A DNA stretch of 64,000 nucleotides, taken from a virus. Under the pieces are notes generated by a model that searched no databases, had not been told where the DNA came from, and saw nothing but the letters and a program-made list of their open reading frames with translations. The stretch covers positions 1-64,000 of the IMG/VR virus record IMGVR_UViG_3300046514_000338; one strand, given 5' to 3'. How positions within the stretch are numbered: the stretch's first letter is position 1; each line of letters starts with the position of its first letter. Position numbers and translations under genes: made by a program. Positions 58,301-64,000 of the stretch are shown here, one piece after another.

Positions 58301-59319
58301 CGGAATCTATTCATTTAAGACAAGCAGAAGAAGCGTTTCAGGGTGCTCCGTATGCAGAAAAAATACCGTTAGTGGGTCTTGGCGTAGTAGCAAGTGAACG
58401 TGCGTACATAGGTTATCTGAATCATCTCCGGTGGAATATGTTTAATATGTATGTTACTAGATTTGAAGACCAAGGTTTTACTTATGAAAATAACAAAAGA
58501 CTATATGAAGGAATTTCTTCTCTCATCAATAGTGAAACAGGGCGTGGCGGCATGGGATTAAAGCCACTTGAAAAAGCCGCTCCCGTTATGAACTGGCTTT
58601 TGTTTGCCTCAAAGCTAATGGCCTCCCGAATGAATATGCTTGGCCTTACTGATATTCCCAATTTAGCTATCAGGGGAGCCACATTTGGTAAATATGGTAT
58701 TGACTACGGATTTTACACAAGACTTCCTAGACCATTACGCATAGATGCAGCAAAGGACATGGTTCGTTTCATTGGTGTTGGTGTGGCTACACTCATTATA
58801 GCAAAACAATTAGGAGCAGACGTAGAAACAGACCCACGGAGTTCTGACTTCGGGAAAATTCGTCATGGTAATACACGATGGGACGTTTGGGGAGGCTTTC
58901 AACCATACGCAAGAGTATTAACGCAGTTTCTCACAGGAGAACGTAAATCTGCAAGTAGCGGGAAGATACAGGAGTTAACGGGTAAAAGTTTTATGGGAGA
59001 AACAAGAGGAACGCCAATACTTTCATTTTTAAGAGGGAAGTTAGCGCCTATTCCCGGTGCGCTTTTTGACCAATTTTTCGCAGGAGGTCGTGATGTAACG
59101 GGTCAGCCGGTATCTCCATTGGGTGAGTTGCCAAAAAACCTAATCCCATTACTTTTTCAAGACGTATATCAGGCTATGCAAGACCAAGGTGTGAAAGCTA
59201 TTTTCACGGTGGGCGTACCATCGGCGTTTGGGGTAGGAGTGCAGACATATCAGCCTAGGCTAATTAAAAATCCACACGAAAGACGGGCAAGGGGAGTGCG
59301 AAAAGTAACAACAGAATAA
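55354..59319 (+). CDS. large polyvalent protein with a zincin-like HExxH metallopeptidase domain
   Basis: RGRF..ILLD..THEVLHA..EGITE, followed by a long helical region. Confidence 0.7.
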   Translation: MAVTEKNCFEIHGRKDLGSLFRDKVKSGIDEKQAAREVILDEHKSLYDQMQSLGKEVLGKKYKASPYEKPDNAAEISQINKEHENVVTKSTQQTKQVPAEKKVGTTKPTTETKRKAKEVKAEPKKSVLDKPFKEVSIDDILGELTRLRGGNEERVGAGGKAAGGATAAEHMRMAKTVLGKLFPKATFESYNTTEEYLKNGGIEGSRGRFLADKNGEHRILLDLQKMAEHGVTKTPTHEVLHAIVYGKYGINTDALKKTWNELSTTMKGVKGMDAVFSHLENYDEPRQLPSEGITELLTQLVHGNIDIKDLPLLRQNKIIEVVNKLLKQIGVDFQFGNADDFQKFAQEVKNTFEGKGEEGLQKILSEKRTDKYHTDYERQLAQLEIDPEHVKKLRALLSIKLKMEVDSGRLSQEQANEYLKKAGVQPTEAKAKGAAVTMPKEEPKEEDVADEVDKLESGKPPHKGDEFALGTEVEEEGTGIRKEATDAIREKYGLSESKRDNPTHAELEAQAEAAIRKGYNPETLVAQMERGITNNGVENFIAKKYLATLEAQYERDADPATLEKINRFTKATRQVGSLASESLSTRRGLVPTEDSRADFFINELDTNNGAPLTEQQNKTASEEYEKLKIARKKLDDDTKAFEEKVKALKAEKQIGSTTKGKSKPTTERKATLADERKDILKSISAKWKTAGKDKLSSDLPYRQQIAAIAPDVVKLGRNLFEDGVTRLEDVVNKIYDTIKSDVDITPQDIHDILAGEYKQTRPTKSEAAIAYETLRQKATLINKLEKAQSGQAPTEKKQRKKNQEIEAFKKELGLDKFEQLQALKNRTNENVEKALAQLNSGNFAPPKEKKIPLMEDKELQKQFPKEFNQVKNSINQYIDLKRQIALRRLKEMYEQKPLEEKTLDVFTKALNIPRTLMASFDYSAPLRQGIVASISHPIMAKQALKFMFQASASQHVYNRWLDAVHKDPRWEVAQKTGLGITDPESIHLRQAEEAFQGAPYAEKIPLVGLGVVASERAYIGYLNHLRWNMFNMYVTRFEDQGFTYENNKRLYEGISSLINSETGRGGMGLKPLEKAAPVMNWLLFASKLMASRMNMLGLTDIPNLAIRGATFGKYGIDYGFYTRLPRPLRIDAAKDMVRFIGVGVATLIIAKQLGADVETDPRSSDFGKIRHGNTRWDVWGGFQPYARVLTQFLTGERKSASSGKIQELTGKSFMGETRGTPILSFLRGKLAPIPGALFDQFFAGGRDVTGQPVSPLGELPKNLIPLLFQDVYQAMQDQGVKAIFTVGVPSAFGVGVQTYQPRLIKNPHERRARGVRKVTTE

Positions 59320-59347
59320 ATTATTTTTAAACCCAAAATTATACATT

Positions 59348-59527
59348 ATGCCATTCGATAGCAAAGCACAGATGAGGGCTGCATTTGGAGGCTACCTCGG
59401 AAAAGAAATGAAAGATAAAGCGCAGGAATTTGCTGCCGCTACGCCAAACATCAAATCACTTCCGCAGCATGTGGGCGACAGTAAAAAGAAGGTAAAAGTG
59501 CGCGTAAAAAAGAAGCCAAAAAGTTAA
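59348..59527 (+). CDS. small basic phage protein (59 aa)
   Basis: Manual translation MPFDSKAQMRAAFGGYLGKEMKDKAQEFAAATPNIKSLPQHV...KKKPKS. Confidence 0.7.
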   Translation: MPFDSKAQMRAAFGGYLGKEMKDKAQEFAAATPNIKSLPQHVGDSKKKVKVRVKKKPKS

Positions 59528-59568
59528 GAAAAAAGTATTATTTTTAACCGTAAATCCAACATCAAACC

Positions 59569-60090
59569 ATGCCTCTAGTCCCTAATTTTTCTACTAGCCA
59601 AAGTCTAGCCACGCTTTCAAATGTAACATTTACCGACACTAGCACAGGGTCAGATGGCACTATCACCACACGACGAATTACAGTTGTCCTTCCAAACGGG
59701 AATTATCTTACCGCTGCCGGGGAATCGACTACACCAGCTTATATCAATTGGCCGTATGCGCAACCATCTATTACGGTATCACTTCTTTCAAAATCTAAGG
59801 CTGCAACAGTAGTAGTAGAGTGGTTTGCTGGTGCTGTTTCTACATATGTAAAAGTTCTTATTTCACTTTGGGATTTGTATGATTATGTCTACGGCATTGG
59901 CCTTATTTCTGACATGACTAGTGACCCAGACATTATTTCAGACAAGGATTGGTATTCAAATTTCTTCAAATTCGTGACGAATATATGGATAGCAGAATCG
60001 GCGATAACTTATGGTAGTGATACATATAGTTCGCAGCGGGCGCTAAATGTGAATCAAAGTATGATGACGCATAGCAATCAGGTATTCTAA
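59569..60090 (+). CDS. virion protein, tail hub/fibre-attachment-like
   Basis: FTDTSTG Ig-like start; position before the fibre gene. Confidence 0.55.
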   Translation: MPLVPNFSTSQSLATLSNVTFTDTSTGSDGTITTRRITVVLPNGNYLTAAGESTTPAYINWPYAQPSITVSLLSKSKAATVVVEWFAGAVSTYVKVLISLWDLYDYVYGIGLISDMTSDPDIISDKDWYSNFFKFVTNIWIAESAITYGSDTYSSQRALNVNQSMMTHSNQVF

Positions 60091-60614
60091 TGCCAACAAC
60101 AGCAGAAATATTATCATTTGCGCCGGGAGCAGCTTACCTTGCTGCAAATAATGTAGGCAAGTCAAATCTCTATAATAACGGTGCAACACTCAACCCAAAT
60201 CTACCACAACAGATATATGCGCTCTACTTTGTTCTGAATAAAATATATACACTTGACCCTAACTATTCGGGTCTTTATGCAAATGTTCAATACTTGTGGG
60301 AAATAATGGGAAGATATGGCCTAGCCTCACAGGGATTATCAGGAAGTGGCGGGTCTGCCGGTGGTATCACGCCTACGGGTCTATTCCCTATATTTATTAC
60401 GAGTTCAAACTTCACTACTGCAACGGCGTACAATAACCCAAACATAGTTGGTCAGAACATAGCAATATTTGTAAATGAATATTCTCAGCAGTGGATGGTT
60501 GCGGGCGCAACTACATTTACCATGACCTCAACCGGAATAAACATAACACTACCGGGTTTTGATGCCACTGCATTTCAGTACACTATATTAATTGATAAAC
60601 TCGGAAGCGGATGA
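60090..60614 (+). CDS. virion protein
   Basis: Helical N-terminus, Gly linker and beta C-terminal domain. Confidence 0.55.
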   Translation: MPTTAEILSFAPGAAYLAANNVGKSNLYNNGATLNPNLPQQIYALYFVLNKIYTLDPNYSGLYANVQYLWEIMGRYGLASQGLSGSGGSAGGITPTGLFPIFITSSNFTTATAYNNPNIVGQNIAIFVNEYSQQWMVAGATTFTMTSTGINITLPGFDATAFQYTILIDKLGSG

Positions 60615-62914
60615 AAAAATTAATCGCTATAATATTTATCCTGTTCTCATTTTCTGCAATAGCGCAGCAAGTAGTACCGCGTTCAAACGGGTCTATAACT
60701 ATTCAGGACTACAGAAGTTACCCAAAATATAATTTATTTGTTCCAACATATGACGATACTATTGCTGCCAATACTGGCACAAATCCTGGGTTGAATTTAG
60801 TTGGAGCAATAATATTCACAACAACAGACCAAAACTTTTGGGGTCGCAAAGCACTTTCTGGAACAACTGGGCTATATTGGTCTTCTCTTGGCGGCGGGGC
60901 AGCAAACGCAAGAAACGCATTAAATGTAAACAATGGATTTGTAGAAATAGGCGGCGCGGCAACAAAGCTAGATTCTATATTTATAGGCTCACAGGACTTT
61001 CCTCCAAGCTATCCATTTAGCATAGCAGAGCATCCTAATAATGCCAATGCCCTTACTGTTGATTTTTCCCAAACAGGCGCAGGTGGCGTAACAGCAGGAG
61101 CGGTAACATTAACTAATAAAGATTTTTCAGGCGTTGGATTTGGATTCATTGGGTTAGACCCCGGATTTGTCCGTGACCAAGTTGAAAATACTACTACACC
61201 TACGGACCCCGGTGGCTGTTGTGGTGGTTATAGAAGCACCGCAGTTGGGTTCGCGGCAAAACTAACTTACGCAAATATGGTTTCGCAATGGTTCATGGGA
61301 GTTGAAAACAATGGCTTTGCTGATTCAGCATTAATGATACGATGTACCGGGAGAAACATTCAGTTTGCAGTAGATAATAACGGTTCGTTTTGGTTCAAGG
61401 GTTCAGCATCGAATATGACTAGCGTCTATGGCGGCTTCATGGGTGTCAGCAATGGCACAGGAAGATTTGGTGTAGGCACAACAACGCCGGGACAAAAATT
61501 GACGGTAATAGGCTCTGGTAGCTTTACTGATTCACTTTCAATTTGGACACCCGTCTCTGTATCTGGGAATGATTCCGTCTTAGTTAAAAGCGGAAACTTA
61601 GTGAAAGCAATTGTACAATCTTCTATAACCGGAGTAAATATTTATAGTGCAGATGGAACATTGTCAGCAAACAGAACGTTAACCGGAGCGGCTAATTCTC
61701 TCATCTTCTCTGGGCTAGGAGGATTTAAATTTGACCAGCAACCAGTAGTACAGGTAAATTCCACAAATGTTAGCGGGACTACAATTAACTCATCTCTTGA
61801 TTTGTCTAATTCCAATCTAACGACAGGAACGGGATTTTATAATGTTGGTAATGCCCTTACAACAGGTGTATTGGAACAAATTTCAACTACATCAACTACG
61901 CTTGCAGCAGGGAATAGATTGCTAGAATTAAGTATGTCAGGAGCAAACGGGACTAATGCTATTACAGCAAACGCATTACTAGTATCTGTTATAAATACTA
62001 ATGCTACATCTGGAACTAACACCGCCGCTATATTCAAAGCATCAGGCGCAACAACGGCTAACTGGGCAGTATTTACAGGTTCAGTAACAGGAGGCGATGG
62101 GCGGATAAATGTGAATAATGCCACCAATGTAGCCAACCAAGTAATAGTAATAAAATCATTGACCAACACAGCAGGGGATGGTATAGTAATTAAATCAAAC
62201 AATGAAACCTCCAATATGCAAATAGGCTATCAAACTATTGCAACAAATGGAGGAATGATTTTAAATAGTTCTGCAACTGGCGTTCAGGTTCAATCAAGAT
62301 TATATGTAGGAGCATCTGGAACATCGCCAACTGCGCTTATTCATATTTTAGGGGGAACTACATCGGCCAATTCCGCCCCAATAAAACTAACGTCAGGAAC
62401 TTCAATGAGTACCGCAGAGGCAGGGTCATTTGAATATACAACACCTCAGTTATTTTTTACCAATGGTGGCGCACAACGTCAAGAATTATTTCAGGGACAA
62501 CAATCAAGAGTATCTACTCAATTTGATAAGGCCAATGCCACTCTTGCGGATATTACGGGACTAACAGCTACATTGGTAGCTGGTAAAACATATAGGTTTG
62601 AAACCGTTCTATACACTACATCAAATGTAGCTTCAGGTGTTAAATTTGCGATAGCCGGTACAGCAACAGCAACGAATATAATTTATGAAGCAGTGGTTAT
62701 AGACGCAAATGTTAATGCTGCGCAAACAAGAGCAACCGGATTAGCCACAACGGTAGGTGCAGTAACAGCAGTTACCAATGCCCTATGTAAAATAACAGGC
62801 ACAATAACTGTAAATGCAGCCGGAACATTAACGGTTCAATTTGCGGATAATGCAGGAGTAAATACTAGCAGCGTACTTGTGGGCAGTACGTTTGTGGTAA
62901 CAGAAATGTTATAA
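60611..62914 (+). CDS. tail-fibre/adhesin-like protein with a Sec signal peptide
   Basis: MKKLIAIIFILFSFSAIA-QQ; GRFGVGTTTPGQKLTV and IYSADGTLSANRT fibre-type motifs; T/S/N/G-rich. Confidence 0.7.
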   Translation: MKKLIAIIFILFSFSAIAQQVVPRSNGSITIQDYRSYPKYNLFVPTYDDTIAANTGTNPGLNLVGAIIFTTTDQNFWGRKALSGTTGLYWSSLGGGAANARNALNVNNGFVEIGGAATKLDSIFIGSQDFPPSYPFSIAEHPNNANALTVDFSQTGAGGVTAGAVTLTNKDFSGVGFGFIGLDPGFVRDQVENTTTPTDPGGCCGGYRSTAVGFAAKLTYANMVSQWFMGVENNGFADSALMIRCTGRNIQFAVDNNGSFWFKGSASNMTSVYGGFMGVSNGTGRFGVGTTTPGQKLTVIGSGSFTDSLSIWTPVSVSGNDSVLVKSGNLVKAIVQSSITGVNIYSADGTLSANRTLTGAANSLIFSGLGGFKFDQQPVVQVNSTNVSGTTINSSLDLSNSNLTTGTGFYNVGNALTTGVLEQISTTSTTLAAGNRLLELSMSGANGTNAITANALLVSVINTNATSGTNTAAIFKASGATTANWAVFTGSVTGGDGRINVNNATNVANQVIVIKSLTNTAGDGIVIKSNNETSNMQIGYQTIATNGGMILNSSATGVQVQSRLYVGASGTSPTALIHILGGTTSANSAPIKLTSGTSMSTAEAGSFEYTTPQLFFTNGGAQRQELFQGQQSRVSTQFDKANATLADITGLTATLVAGKTYRFETVLYTTSNVASGVKFAIAGTATATNIIYEAVVIDANVNAAQTRATGLATTVGAVTAVTNALCKITGTITVNAAGTLTVQFADNAGVNTSSVLVGSTFVVTEML

Positions 62915-62931
62915 ACTAAAAAATAATTTAT

Positions 62932-63948
62932 ATGCAACAGAATTATTTAGTAGATGCGAACAGCAATGTATTGGTAGAAACAAATGTTACCATTACTCCG
63001 GTAACGCCTCCGCCACCAACCAATCAGCCACCAGTGGTTAATGCGGGGGCTAATCAAACAGTTACTTTGCCAGCCAATGCCACCCTCAAAGGAACAGCAA
63101 GTGACCCTGACGGAACGGTAGTAAGTTATTTGTGGGAGCAAGTAGCTGGTGGGGCTGCAACAATAACTAATCCTAATTCAGCTACAACAACAGTTACCTC
63201 GTTAGCAGCAGGTAATTATATTTTCAGATTGACAGTACAGGATGATAAAGGGGCAACTTCAAGTTCGACAACCAATGTACAGGTATTGCCGGTGGTCGTT
63301 CCTCCCGTTGATAATCCATCGTATCAAAATCCCTACAATGTTCCAAGTGACATAAATTCAAATCAACTTGGCCGTGGTGGTTTAAGTTCAATACAATTTC
63401 TTTCCGGTGGTAATTCATTCAGGTCTGAAGTAAGAGCCGGTGACCCCGCTATTTCACAAGGATGGCGTAGCGAGCAACAATATGACCAAGCATCTCAAAA
63501 TCCAACTGAAGGAAGGGTTGAGTATGATGTGTTCTTTGAAAATTGGAAAGATGTTTCTGGTAATGGCGGCGGTCACTCAGTTCAATGGCATCCAAATACA
63601 GGAGGTGGCAGCGCAATAATCTCAATGCAGAATTATGCCATGAAATTTGATATTGTTCGCTCAATTGGTGGAACAAACTGGCACCAGCAAGGCACATTAA
63701 GGTCGGTAATACCGAATAAGTGGTATCACATGAAATGGGAGTTCAGGTGGTCAACAGGGGCAGATGGCTATGTCAGGCTTTATATGGACGGAGAAACAAC
63801 GCCTTATTTCTCATTCAATGGGAAAACAGCAGATGGAAGTGGACAGTATTTCAAATTAGGACAGAACAGGTGGCCTTGGGGTTCAGCGACGACGATGGGT
63901 TCTACAACTGTATGCTATTATGATAACTTAAAAATATACAGTGTTTAA
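62932..63948 (+). CDS. PKD/Ig domain plus polysaccharide-lyase-like jelly-roll domain
   Basis: NQPPVVNAG..SDPDGTVVSYLWEQ..FRLTVQDDKGA, then RSE, NKWY..W..GADGYV..DG and YFKLG. Confidence 0.75.
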   Translation: MQQNYLVDANSNVLVETNVTITPVTPPPPTNQPPVVNAGANQTVTLPANATLKGTASDPDGTVVSYLWEQVAGGAATITNPNSATTTVTSLAAGNYIFRLTVQDDKGATSSSTTNVQVLPVVVPPVDNPSYQNPYNVPSDINSNQLGRGGLSSIQFLSGGNSFRSEVRAGDPAISQGWRSEQQYDQASQNPTEGRVEYDVFFENWKDVSGNGGGHSVQWHPNTGGGSAIISMQNYAMKFDIVRSIGGTNWHQQGTLRSVIPNKWYHMKWEFRWSTGADGYVRLYMDGETTPYFSFNGKTADGSGQYFKLGQNRWPWGSATTMGSTTVCYYDNLKIYSV

Positions 63949-63949
63949 G

Positions 63950-63976
63950 GACAGCCAAACGATAGGTGTTTTTTTA
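63950..63976 (+). terminator. probable terminator
   Basis: GACAGCC..GGTGTTTTTTT. Confidence 0.45.
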
Positions 63977-64000
63977 GCAGTAGCTATTTTAGCCGGGATA

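Noticed and set aside
28333-58682. Many minus-strand ORFs within the structural region (and plus-strand ORFs within the left arm)
   Set aside because: They are antisense shadows of well-supported genes, with no start context or motifs

Overview
This window is a 64-kb segment of a tailed dsDNA phage. The host is most likely Bacteroidota, judged from TTTG-N19-21-TAnnTTTG-type promoters, A-rich translation starts without Shine-Dalgarno sites, and Sec/lipoprotein signals of Bacteroidota type. The left third (1-19.7 kb) is mostly leftward. It holds about 45 small early/accessory genes, plus a RusA-like resolvase, a YqaJ-like exonuclease, a primase-helicase, a replication-initiator-like protein, an HNH-containing YopX and several structured non-coding gaps. 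From 19.8 kb almost everything runs rightward. First come nine tightly coupled glycosyltransferase/methyltransferase genes, then groEL-groES and a GroES-like protein. Next is a crAss-like/podovirus morphogenesis module (portal, large terminase, scaffold-like protein, major capsid, ring and muzzle proteins, ejection proteins). Two polyvalent proteins (ADP-ribosyltransferase-like and HExxH domains) are separated by a five-gene cassette, followed by a fibre-like protein with a Sec signal peptide and a PKD/polysaccharide-lyase-like protein. The best candidate for a new system is a phage glyco-decoration module: a late GT/MTase operon plus exported proteins carrying Bacteroidota O-glycosylation sequons. 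No tRNA, CRISPR array, integrase, DNA polymerase, RNA polymerase or lysis gene was recognised. All functional calls come from motif recognition by eye, not database searches.
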